DNA of 33,645 nucleotides, from assembly GCA_003614675.1 (NCBI GenBank), contig ML002403.1, forward strand, positions 1 to 33,645, given 5' to 3'. The notes beneath the pieces are model-generated. The model made no database searches. It saw only the letters and a program-made list of their open reading frames with translations, and had not been told where the DNA came from. The stretch comes from Dimargaris cristalligena. Taxonomy: Eukaryota. A program made the translations under genes and the position numbers. This document shows positions 10,561 through 21,037 of this stretch, piece after piece (position 1 is the stretch's first letter; each line of letters starts with the position of its first letter).

Positions 10561-11866
10561 ATGTCCCCCGGCAATACATTCGTGATTGCCCTCAGGTAAA
10601 CCCCCCCCTTTCCCATTCGCAGAGGCCCTATTCGTAACAGACGCGGTTTTCGGAGAACCTGACCTAATACCGGCCCGACTCACCGGGGCCACCCCACTTT
10701 TATTATCCACTATCAACTGCTCCCTGTTATCAATCCACCAACTGTGACCCCTCCCGCCTGAACACCACTAACCCGATTGAAGCGGCCCCTCTTGTTCGGG
10801 CAAAACGGTAAGTCAAATAGGATAACGGTTAAAGGTAATAACACCGTCATAACGAGGGGGGGGGTGTCCGAGCTCCACTCCGCAACTCCCCACTTCCTTC
10901 CCTTGCCGGAGGACCTTTAGCTAATTAGGACAGATATATACTACGATATTGTGACTCGTCCAGACCCTTGCGCGACAAATCCAAGCCCTCGTGCCGCATT
11001 GTGTGGTGGCTCACCAGGACGACTTTTTCAGGGTAAGTAAGACCCAAAGGGGAGGTGAGAGAAGGACAAACACCCGTTCTTTGGTTTACCTGCATCGACC
11101 TAACCCACCCGTTGGCCCTGTTTCGCGGATGCCCTACCCATGTAGATACACCCATAATCGGACCTTTCCTAGCCCAGGAGAACTCCGTTGATACCCGACT
11201 TCATCCTTGGTATAAGGCGCGGCCTACTTAAATCGGTTTAGTTTAGTACCTTGTAAGCTGACCGAGTACAGTGGCCTGTATATTTCATCCGTATCATCCA
11301 TCATCGCCCGTGACATCCAGCCCGAGTCCAAGATACCCATCGATCCGGTGACAGGGTTGGCCAACTGGGACTGCAATGAGGCCATCGACTGGCCCCGCCT
11401 GACGGCCGCGCTTCTGCACTTCCGTCAGTTCGGCCGGCTGCCGGAGTATCGCCTCACCGAGTTACCCAGCTCCACCGAGCCCCACTTGTGTCTCTCCGCC
11501 AGTGCCCGGGAACAGTTGTCCCCCCTTGTCCAGACGCTATCCCACTCCACCCAAGCCATTCTCTTAGTGGATGGTTTCTTACTCTTCCACCAGCCCACTA
11601 CGGCCCAGCTATTCGATGCCCGCATCCTCATCTCGGCCAGCTATGAGACTATCAAGGAGCGGCGGCTCAATCGGCCCAACTACCAGACCCTCGAGGGATG
11701 GTGGGTAGACCCACCCAACTACTTTGACCTTATCGTTTGGCCCCACTACCTGGCCCATTTGCCTGCTTCAGAGGCCCACGCTGGACTAGTGATTAAATCA
11801 GACCACCAATCGGTCAATGAAATGGTAACGCAGGTAGTCAGCTACATGGCCCAGTGTCGTGCCTAG
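10561..11866 (+). CDS. NRK1: Nicotinamide riboside kinase; exons 10561-10595, 10783-10807, 10964-11032, 11321-11866
   Basis: Spliced product reads IALSGPSCSGKTTLA (P-loop), HQDDFFRP, NWDC.EAID, LVDGFLLF, RRLNRPNYQTLEGWWVDPPNYFDLIVWPHY. Confidence 0.93.
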
Positions 11867-12072
11867 CAGGAGGGGACTCGATCCCCACGTGTTTAGTTTT
11901 CCAATAAAGATGGTCGGATAATAAACGAGGGGAATTCAGCCACCGGGTTTATTAATCGGACATGTTGGTTTTAAATATATTTATATATAAAAATCAGCCG
12001 AGGGGAAGGGCCTCGCCATTTACCCCACCGGGGTCCCCTGACCCCCTCATTACTAGCCCACACTGGAAGGGA

Positions 12073-13526
12073 TTAAGGGCTGGCTAGGCTTCGGAAAAGC
12101 AGCGATACCGACTCCCCGTTATGGGTCCGGCGAATCGCTTCGGCAAAGGTAGTGGACACGTCAATCACGTCAATCTTGGCGCAGAGACGCCGCTTCTCGT
12201 CTTGCGGCACGGTATTGGTGGTGGCGAAGCGACAAATGGGGGAGTTATTGAGGATATCAATGGCAGGCCCCGAAAGCAGTCCATGGGTGACAATGCCGTA
12301 GATCTGGGTGGCCCCGTGTTGCTGGAGAACCTCGGCGGCCAGGCCCACGGTTCCGAAGGTATCGGCCATGTCGTCGATGATAATGGCCACCTTGCCCTTG
12401 ACGTCGCCCACTAGGCCCATTCCGACGCGGGAGCCGGGCTTGCTCTCCTTATGGATAAGGGCGAAATCGAGCCTCAGCTTATTGCAAATGGAGGTCGCCC
12501 TAGGTGCATGCAATACAATAGGCGGGGTGGTTTTAGTAAGGGGTCAGGGGGTATAGAGTATTCTGAGCCATGGGGGCCAGTGAGGAAGAACCCCGCGGCT
12601 ACTTTGTGAGGGACGGATAACCTACCGTTTGGCACCGCCGGCATCGGGGGAAACAATCACCGCCCGTTCGTATCCGGGAATCTCGGACACAATGTACTGA
12701 ATGATGGAAGGTTCGGCGTAAATTTGATCGACGGGGATGTCAAAGTAGCCCTGGAACTGCGGGTCGTGCAAGTCCATGGTGATGATATGGTCCGCGCCTG
12801 ATAAGGGAAGGGAAGGGAAGGAAAGCAGCAGAGCCAAAAAAATAAGAATCATCAATATTAGAGAGGGAGGGGGGATGGGATTACAGGGACCCGTCTAAAA
12901 TCAAACCCTCCAAGGTTATCCTGGGGCGAATGGTTTCCCGCTAGCAATATAAACTTACCGGCGGCGGTCAGCATGTTGGCGATTAAGGTACCCGAGCGGG
13001 CGACCCAGTGACGATAACCCTTGCTATCGGCATTGACAAAGTAGCTCTGGGCCATGGGGGATAGGGGCGGGCAAATGGCCTCTTCCCGTGGGGTACCGCA
13101 CGGCAGCCCGTCGGACAGGAAGCTTTCGCGGCGGGGCTCTTCAGCGGGCGAGGGCAGGGCCGAGTTGCCCTCCAGGGACTTCATGATGACCTGGGCCACG
13201 CGGTCCTTGCGGTTGCTGTTGTAGGGTACGTCGGCCTGGCGGGAGTAGGGGAAGCACGGCAGCACCACACTCACTCGCTTGGCACTGGCGGTCTTGCAGG
13301 CGGCGATCATGATGAGCAGCTCCATGAAGTTGTCGTTGACTTTGCCACAGGCCGACTGGATAATGTAGACGTGCTGGTCACGCACCGACTCTTTAATCTC
13401 GACGTTCGTCTCCATGTTGGAGAACTTTTTGAGGTTGACCTGGCCTAGAGCGATACCGAGGCGCTCGCAGACGGCCTGGGCCAGAGGCAAATTGGACGAG
13501 CCCGAGAAGACCTTGATATTACGCAT
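12073..13526 (-). CDS. PRS5: Ribose-phosphate pyrophosphokinase, Prs5-like with non-homologous insertion (388 aa); exons 13526-12959, 12797-12626, 12499-12073
   Basis: [75 protein letters not shown]. The three exons join in frame. Confidence 0.93.
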
Positions 13527-14810
13527 AGTAGTAGGGGAGAAAGGGAACAAGGAAATCCAATGGGGCAAAACCAACAACAATGTGTATAGCGTAAAAAAAA
13601 TTGGGAGAGGGCAATGGAGAAAGTTGGGAGTCGGTGGGGGGGAGGGAGCAAGTAGTGGTGGCTTCCCTCCTCAAGAGGCCCCCTCTTTCCTTTAGGTGGG
13701 ACTAGCCGAGTCTCTCTCTCTCTCTGCCCTCTCTCGCTTTGGAGAAAGAGGGGCTGGCGGTAGGAGGGTATATAGATTGAGAGAGAGAGAGAGAGAGAGA
13801 GGTATTATATAGCCCTCTAACCTTACTGAAAACCCTCTAACTTTGCCAGTAGGGGAGGTGTGGTACAGAGTTTCGGAATACACACTCCTCCTAGGCTGGA
13901 GGAAAGTGGCGGTCATCGGTATCGTTTGGGCTATGCTAGTTAAGTTGTCTACTTTTTAACCCTTAGGAGGATGGGGGCGCCTGGGTTTCTCGGTTGTACA
14001 TGGCCCACCCCGCCTCGCAAGTTCCACTGGCTGGAAATAATGCCGGGGGATATTGGATGGCTTCAATGGCGTATCCGAGAAGGGTGCTATGTATCCCGGA
14101 AGGAACCCATCTCCCGAAGTCGCCGTTTATTGCAAACCACCAATGGCCACGTATACTTCTCCCCACGGGGCTAGTGGAAACGCGCTTCCGGGAATGGAGT
14201 GCGAAAACGATGTCACATATCTATGTTGGTCGGGGAATGTCCATTAGATTCCGAATAAACCTGCCTACCGATAAAAAGGCATTATTTGATATGGGAGAAG
14301 TTCATCCAAGCTGTATAACGAAAAATCCATTAGATTCGGCCAATATTACTAGTTAAAAATACATTTCCCGTATATTTTCCCATACACGTATAATGGAAAC
14401 CCTTATATAGCTGGGCCGAATTTCACCCATATTCAATGGCCGAGTTTGACATTTTGGGTCTAGTTGGCCAGTGGAATAAAGACCCCCTCTCCCTCCCCCT
14501 ACCCTAAAAATACTACGGTAAGGCAAAATCCACTCCCATCGCGGGACATTTTCTACCACCCTAACTTTCTCTAAACATCTCTAACTAAAAGCAAAAGTAG
14601 TACTAGTGGGTTATTGCGGGGGAGGAGTTGGCCAGGAGGGAGGAATGGGCTGGCTGATCTCACCAACTCCAACTAAATGTAGCTATGAACCAATCAACCA
14701 AATAGCTTCGTTCTTCCCCATTCCGTTTGGATCCCTAACCAGCATTCCTGCCGCATCTCCCCTGTTCTGTACTACTCTACGCAGCCGCCTCTTCTATAGT
14801 TGCATTCACC

Positions 14811-15389
14811 ATGGCTCTCTTGACGTCGTCGAAGGTGGGTCTACAGTCGGTGGCTGGGTGGGGCGCTCGATTCATGCACACCAGTCGACCCTGCGGATTC
14901 CAAGCGAGTGTCCCTGTCCAGCGCCGCACCCGCCGGGACAACCACCCCGACCGTATGCTCACCCTGCCCAGCATCGTGTCTCCCATGCCCACTTCGCCCC
15001 CTGCCTCCGCCACCGTCCACGCCCGCATTCCCCTGGACGACGGTAGCGAGTTTATTGCGCGCGTACCCCTGGACGCCGCGGCCCTCGGGCCCTTGGCCGA
15101 AACGGATCTGCCGCCTCCGCTGTACCCTCGCCGTGAACCCAAGCCCCCGCTCTCCGCCGAGCAACAGGCCGAGGTACGCCAGCTGCGTAATGACGATCCC
15201 GTCCAGTGGACAAGTAAGCGGCTGGCCCTGAAATTCGACTGCGACCCCGTCCACATTTCCCGCATCGCCCCCGCCCCCCGGAGTCATATCAAAAATATGA
15301 TTGCCAAGGCCGAGCTCGAATGGGACCAACTGGGCTGGAAGCGCCGGCTGATTGCCATTAATCGGGTGAAGCGACGGGCCCTGTGGTAA
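14811..15389 (+). CDS. MRPL20: Mitochondrial large-subunit ribosomal protein L20 (mL58) family
   Basis: Arg-rich presequence-like N-terminus. LPPPL...LSAEQQAEVRQLRNDDPVQWTSKRLALKFDCDPVHIS and C-terminal RVKRRALW match the fungal MRP-L20 pattern. Confidence 0.82.
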   Translation: MALLTSSKVGLQSVAGWGARFMHTSRPCGFQASVPVQRRTRRDNHPDRMLTLPSIVSPMPTSPPASATVHARIPLDDGSEFIARVPLDAAALGPLAETDLPPPLYPRREPKPPLSAEQQAEVRQLRNDDPVQWTSKRLALKFDCDPVHISRIAPAPRSHIKNMIAKAELEWDQLGWKRRLIAINRVKRRALW

Positions 15390-16016
15390 TGGGACTATGA
15401 GACATATCGGGTGGATTATATTCGATGGCTATAACTGAACCCGGAGAGGGAGGGAACGTATCCTCCTCCTTTTGATCTGGCCAGCGAACCACTCTACACA
15501 CCCCAACACACATATATACATTTCATTTTTATTTTTATTAAAACCTGGCTTCCCAGTTGCCCCACTACATAGACGGAAGAGGCCATGTACGGTTTACTCG
15601 TATGGCCCGCTTTTACTGAATGGAACTTAATAAATTGATTACATTTATACCTAGGTTTTCGTTCTGGTTCGGCCAGTATATATTATTGCATCGCCTCAGA
15701 AGCCCTTTTTTCAAAAGAAATCCAGAATATTCGAGGGGGGAATATCGGTTTACAATTACTCGGCTGTTGGGGCAGCTCTTACTGAACCTGCCTGCCTGCC
15801 TGATCCAGGCGTAATTAAAATCATCTTGGTGCGTGTGTGATCTCCTCTATTTTCACTGGTGGGAAAGCCGGGCTAGCGGCGCGCTGAGTCTGGCACATAG
15901 ATAGGAGCCAGCATGGGGGGGGTTCCGTGACCAAGTGTTCCCCGCTTATGCCCCTCCCCCATTCCTGGTTCTTAATTTTTGCCTCCAAGTAGTACATTCC
16001 CTCCATTCCTCTAACC

Positions 16017-16738
16017 ATGTTAGCCTGGATCCGGTCCAACATTGGCTCACCCGAGTCGCCTTCACCGACTACTTGTTATTTTATTGTAAGCGAACCCCCC
16101 ACCCCTTGTCTTGTTTTGGCAAAATGAAATTCAACCCCCTTTTTAGGGCGAGGGGTTCAGCTCGTTCAACTCCAGTCAGTGCTTTCCCTGGGCACACTAT
16201 ACTCACCACATTTTGTTAAATCCTCATTGGGAACTAATAGGAAGGATTCCAGGAGTGCGCCTACTTTCATGCGGCGGTCAACCACGCTGAGCAACTCGAG
16301 CAGTACGAACAGGCACGGGGTGCCCCTTTGAACACCATCCGGGTGCATACCCAGGTGACCCCTCGGGACGAATGGGGCAGCCGGGTAGACCAGCTACGCA
16401 AGGTATGTCCACTCTCTCTATCGCTTTACTACCCCAAATTTGGTGGTCTGAATGGAGTGTTCTTGGTACCCGTAGAAGGATGTATATGCCCCGACAACTT
16501 GAAAACTTGGACTGTGGTATCTCTGCTTGACTGACTGATATTGTTTATGGCTATTTTGATCAATCGTTTCCGACGGATGGGGCTCGGGTAAAACAACCTC
16601 CGACTACGCTAGTCAATCCCCGGGGCCACGGCCGACCACACTACTTCGCCATTTATCTATGAGGGATGTGATGCCAACATGCGCCAGTTTATTGGCGGTT
16701 ATATGGCCTTTAAGAAGCGCGCGCGGCCCTCCCGCTGA
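16017..16738 (+). CDS. Small glutaredoxin/thioredoxin-fold protein (118 aa), not in the ORF track; exons 16017-16085, 16241-16402, 16613-16738
   Basis: Three phase-0 exons (donors GTAAGC, GTATGT; TAG acceptors) give ...CYFIEGFQECAYFHAA...HTTSPFIYEG...FIGGYMAF. This contains a CxY site, the cis-Pro (TSP) motif and the GG motif of the Grx fold. Confidence 0.8.
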
Positions 16739-17021
16739 TCCATAGCTTCCTGTATTGAAGAGGTGTGAGATTCCAAAGCCACAACTTGAAAAACAAGTAA
16801 ATATTAGATACTACCGAACCTTTCTTTAGTCGCATAAGTTTCCTCTAGCGAGCTCAGGTATGCAACTGGGGATTCTTCCAAACACCGAATCTTGGTGGCC
16901 TCAATTCTAAGCCATGGATGATTAGGTTGATAACTTGAGTGGGAGAGGGGAGATAATGGGTTTATTATATGATGAATGGGCGAAAAAGAACACCGAAGCC
17001 CTCCCCACCGATGCAGCGGAC

Positions 17022-17534
17022 CTACTGCGGAATACCGCCCGTGGCATGTACCCTTCGCTCCAGAATGTCGGCATTCCGGCCGGCTCCGTAGTAGTCTGAC
17101 AGGGTGGTTACGGTATGGAAACCCAGTCGTCGGTACAGGCGATGGGCCTCCCGTCGACTGGGATCTACGTGTAGCATAGCCCGGGCAATGGGCGTGGGGA
17201 GGCGGGTCACTTGGGCAAGAACGTATTGGACTACACGGCTACCGATGCCGCGGTTGCGGTGGCTCTTCTTTACGGCCAGTTTGGTCAATCGGGCGGTGGC
17301 CTCGCATTTGATAAGGCTGAACAGGGCGTACCCGACCACAAGCGGTTGGGGTTTCTCAAAAGCCACCACAAGGTAAGTGTTGGGTTTGCGCAACTCGTTT
17401 CGCAGCTGGAGGGCCTCCGTTTGGGGAAACGTGCGACGCTCTAGGGCCTGGCACTGCTCAACCAGGTCCGATTGCAGGTACTGTGCCTTGGGTGCTCCCC
17501 GGCAGGGGTATAAGATCAAGCAAGACAGGGACAT
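17022..17534 (-). CDS. GNAT family N-acetyltransferase (RimI-like)
   Basis: Motif A LAVKKSHRNRGIGSRVV; motif B LHVDPSRREAHRLYRRLGF; DYYG.GRNA. Confidence 0.9.
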   Translation of the reverse strand: MSLSCLILYPCRGAPKAQYLQSDLVEQCQALERRTFPQTEALQLRNELRKPNTYLVVAFEKPQPLVVGYALFSLIKCEATARLTKLAVKKSHRNRGIGSRVVQYVLAQVTRLPTPIARAMLHVDPSRREAHRLYRRLGFHTVTTLSDYYGAGRNADILERRVHATGGIPQ

Positions 17535-17615
17535 TGTAATTGCCGAGTCAGGCCGGGTAAAAAGAATATAGGGAGGTAGGAGGGAGTGTTTGGATACTGG
17601 AAACGTTGGGGTTTA

Positions 17616-17897
17616 TTATTTATCGGCTTGGTTTTGAAGTTGCTTCTGCTGCATGCGCTCCTGATAGGTTAGAGGGCGTTCGGTTGAAGCCAGGACCGTG
17701 TTGGAGCCCGGGTTGCGTAAACGGTACTGAGCGTCGTCCCAGGCGAAGTAAGTAACGGCACCGGTGAAGGTAATGAGACCAAAGGCCATGATGTACTTGT
17801 TCTTGGGGAAGAAGAGCTCGGGATTCAGCACCCGAAAGAGCCGGGTGGAGTCAATGGGCTTCGGGGTGTAGGTCGGCTTGGGCGGATCGGCGGCCAT
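17616..17897 (-). CDS. SMIM8: Small integral membrane protein 8 homologue (93 aa)
   Basis: STRLFRVLNPELFFPKNKYIMAFGLITFTGAVTYFAW matches the SMIM8 signature (LFRxxNPELF...MAFGL) with one TM helix. ATG in ACCATGG context at 17897. Confidence 0.85.
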   Translation of the reverse strand: MAADPPKPTYTPKPIDSTRLFRVLNPELFFPKNKYIMAFGLITFTGAVTYFAWDDAQYRLRNPGSNTVLASTERPLTYQERMQQKQLQNQADK

Positions 17898-18524
17898 GGT
17901 AAAGGAATACAGTAGTGAGCAATAGACAATGGGGAGGGCGATACTATATGTGGATAAAGTGGAAAGATCCGAATGGTGTAAAGAAGGGAGCGGCGGGCCA
18001 CCACTATTATTATTGGTGGGGCAGGGCTCTCTATGCTGGATAGAAAGAGAAGCACTACCTACTACTACTAGGTTATATGCGCATAGACTGTTGTACTCTA
18101 TAACCCTAACTAAAAAGGAGGGGGGAGGTCTCACGTGGTACCTACCAGCAGTCCAATAATTTACGTAATGGAGGGGGGGTTTCATTGGGGCTTTTGATGA
18201 ATAGAAAGAGGGCTGTTGCAGGGAAAGCATACGACGACTACCACTACTACTAGTCAGGCTTAGCACATGTCAAAGGAATAGAATAGAGGCGGCGGTATAA
18301 AGCGCGGCCAAGGGTCCCCGTCCCGCCAGCTGATATGCTCCGCTGATATGCTCCGCTGTTTTCTCTCTTCTTTCCTCCGCTGGTTAGTTTCATTTCATTT
18401 CATTTTATTTTATTGATTAGCTGGATATCCGTCCTCTCGCTGTCGCATTTCCCCCGCATTGCACTGAATAAATCTTACTCCCAGTTGCTGGCTCTATTTT
18501 AGATATTTCCAAACTCCGTTTCCG

Positions 18525-18648
18525 GTAAGAGCGAGTGTACCCTTGGATTTACCCCTCGCGAAACAGCAACGTATGCATTTCCCCCAGTCCTCACTAACCC
18601 GTTTTTATCTGACTGCCATTATTACCACATGGTGTGGGGGCGCGCTAG
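18525..18648 (+). other. Probable 5'UTR intron of the SCP2 gene
   Basis: GTAAGA donor at 18525, CTAAC at 18594, CTAG acceptor ending at 18648, 26 nt before the ATG. Confidence 0.55.
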
Positions 18649-18674
18649 ACCGACTGCCGCGAACCTAACTAACC

Positions 18675-19669
18675 ATGAGCCTCCCCAACGTTGCCGACTT
18701 CCAGGCCTCCGCTGTGTTCACCAACATTGCCGCTGCCCTGACCCAGGCCCCCGCTACCACCCGCCAAGCCCTCGTCAAAAAGGTCAATGCCATTTACCAG
18801 ATTAATGTCACCAACCCCGCCAAGCAGACCCACACCTGGTCGCTGAATCTCAAGGATACCGCCACTGACGGGGCTATTGTGGGCGACGGGCCCCCGTCCG
18901 GCAAACCGGGTGTAATCGTTACCGTCGGTGATGCTGACTTGGTGGCCATGAGCGAGGGCAAATTGCAAGGTAGGTTGGATAAGGTTAGACCGTGAATGTA
19001 TTATTGGGCTTGGGCTGTAGCCACTGCCGTTGATTGGGGGGTGCTCCTACACGGACCCTGATTAATGTATTCTGCCCTAGTTTGTCTACTTGGTTTCATT
19101 TAAAATCCTTAGGGCAAGCCGCGTTCATGAAGGGTAAAATAAAGCTCCGGGGAAACATGATGCTGGCCACCAAGCTGGATACCCTATTCAAAACGGTCCA
19201 GGAGCTGGCCGCCAAGTCCCCCAGTGTCTCGTCTGCCCCGGCCCCGGCATCGACATCAGCTCCGAAGGCGGACGCTGGTGTGGCGGTGGACGGGTTCGAA
19301 TCGTCGGCCCTCTTTGTCCAGTTGGCCCATGCCTTTGCTACGATGGCCCCGGCCGAGCGGAAACGAGCCGTCCAGGGCGTCCGGGGGGTCTTCCAATTCA
19401 ATATCCGCAATGCGGCCGGTCAGACCCAGACCTGGGCCTTGGATCTCAAGAACACCGCCGAAAGCGGGGAGGTGGTGGCCCGGGGGGCGCCTGCCAAGGC
19501 GGATATTATTCTGACGGTGGCCGATGCCGACTTTGTGTCAATTGGCCAGGGCAAGACGAGTGCCCAGGGCGCCTTTTTGACCGGTAAGCTCAAGCTGAAG
19601 GGCAACATGGCCCTGGCCATGAAATTGGAGCCCGTGCTCAAGGCGGCCCGCCCCAAGGCCAGTCTGTAG
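18675..19669 (+). CDS. Tandem SCP2 sterol/fatty-acyl carrier domain protein (283 aa), probably peroxisomal; exons 18675-18969, 19113-19669
   Basis: Two repeats of F.SSA.F...W.LDLK...DADFV...GK..Q.AF..GK.KL.GNM.LA.KL joined by an Ala/Pro/Ser linker. C-terminal -ASL resembles PTS1. Confidence 0.92.
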
Positions 19670-20113
19670 TCGAATGCCAACCCGAACGTTCGGCCCATGG
19701 CCTCTAGCGATGTAGCGTGAATATTACTGGACCTGCCTTTATATATAATACCCCCCCTCTCTCTCTCACACACTTCCTCATGGCGTTGGGACCACGCCGT
19801 GCCCCCCCCCCACACCATGCTAATGTCCATATAAATTGATTTAAACTGCCCGATCGGCTAAGTGGACCGTCCCACCCCATTAGTCCCCACTGGAAGTTGA
19901 ATAATGTGGCGGTGGTAATATAATCATCGCAATATGGATGCACAGCGTCGCAGCGACAGGCTCGGAGTATCAATGTGGCATTTAGTGGGTGGACAACCTC
20001 AACGATCGATAGGGACGATTACCTTACCTACGGTGTATGGTAAGTAGTACAGTGTTGATGGCAGCACAGCGGGTAAAACCGTAAGGCATAGAGAGAGAGA
20101 GCGCCAGTCACAG

Positions 20114-20120
20114 TGAGTCA
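20114..20120. promoter_or_regulatory. Candidate Gcn4/CpcA (AP-1) site TGAGTCA upstream of ARG1
   Basis: Perfect TGASTCA inside the palindromic GTGAGTCAC, about 0.9 kb upstream of ARG1. A TATATAAA lies near 20855. Confidence 0.35.
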
Positions 20121-21037
20121 CTTCTTTCTTTCTCTCTGGCCTTGGTTTGCTAGTCACCTAACCTTATCTACACCTTATTGGTTGGCCGACCACGCCCCAC
20201 TCGTTCTTGCACGCTCCAAATCACCCGCTGATTGGCCAACTGGGTTTTTCTTAGCGGATCCGGACCACAACTTGGCTGTGCGCAGCCTAATCTCCCCTCT
20301 CCCTCCTTAGTATTCCCTTATTCGGATTCACTCACTCGGCTCAAACCAATTGCCGCAATAGGAAATATCAATCACTACACTCACTTAGTAAGACATATGG
20401 GGTGGTCCGCTATATATAGGAGAGGGACTAAGATTAAGGTGATGAGACTCCAGGCCTTCATCGCCTATCTTGCTAATGAGTAACACTGAAGGGGGAGTTG
20501 TGGGCGCGTGTATGTCCTTCTCTCCCTCCTCTTGTTGATGGAGATATTATCCTCCACCCAATAAAACCCCCCCTCTATAGATGGTGATTCCAGCCCAATC
20601 ATAATAGCCAATGGATAAGCGCAACGGCGGCGAGTATATCCACCACCATCCTTCTTTTGGTTGTCTGAAATTAGAGGATTAGAAAGGAGGAGGAGGAGAC
20701 CAGGGCGGGTGAATTAATGGGTGCCGATTTTATTGAGCCGCTGAAAAAAAAAACTGGCAGGGGAACCGCGCGGTCTCACCACTCCAGGGAGGGGGGGTAG
20801 GGCGAGCTATGAACGTGTTATTCATCAAATCACCGTAAAAACTCCCGCTCTCTATATATAAATGTGGTTGACGGCCCAGGTGGCCCGGGACTGCTATAAC
20901 TTATCTCGCTCGTTTCCTGTATCTATTTTGCTAGAATATATATTATTCTACCCTTTTATTAACTAGCGTCACTGCCTTGACGTACCCCCCCTTATTAGTT
21001 ATTATTCTCTTCTAACCCTAACTGTATTAACACCACC

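Noticed and set aside
13963-14559. Short ORFs in the PRS/MRPL20 divergent intergenic region
   Set aside because: No codon bias, motifs or consistent splice structure. The region reads as promoter DNA, and I recognised no ncRNA fold.
17898-18266. N-terminal 123 aa of the 216-aa ORF containing SMIM8
   Set aside because: Non-ATG start and low-complexity promoter/UTR-like sequence. SMIM8 homology begins at the ATG at 17897.
19290-19305. GGTTCGAATC tRNA T-loop-like motif
   Set aside because: It lies inside the SCP2 coding exon, with no surrounding cloverleaf.
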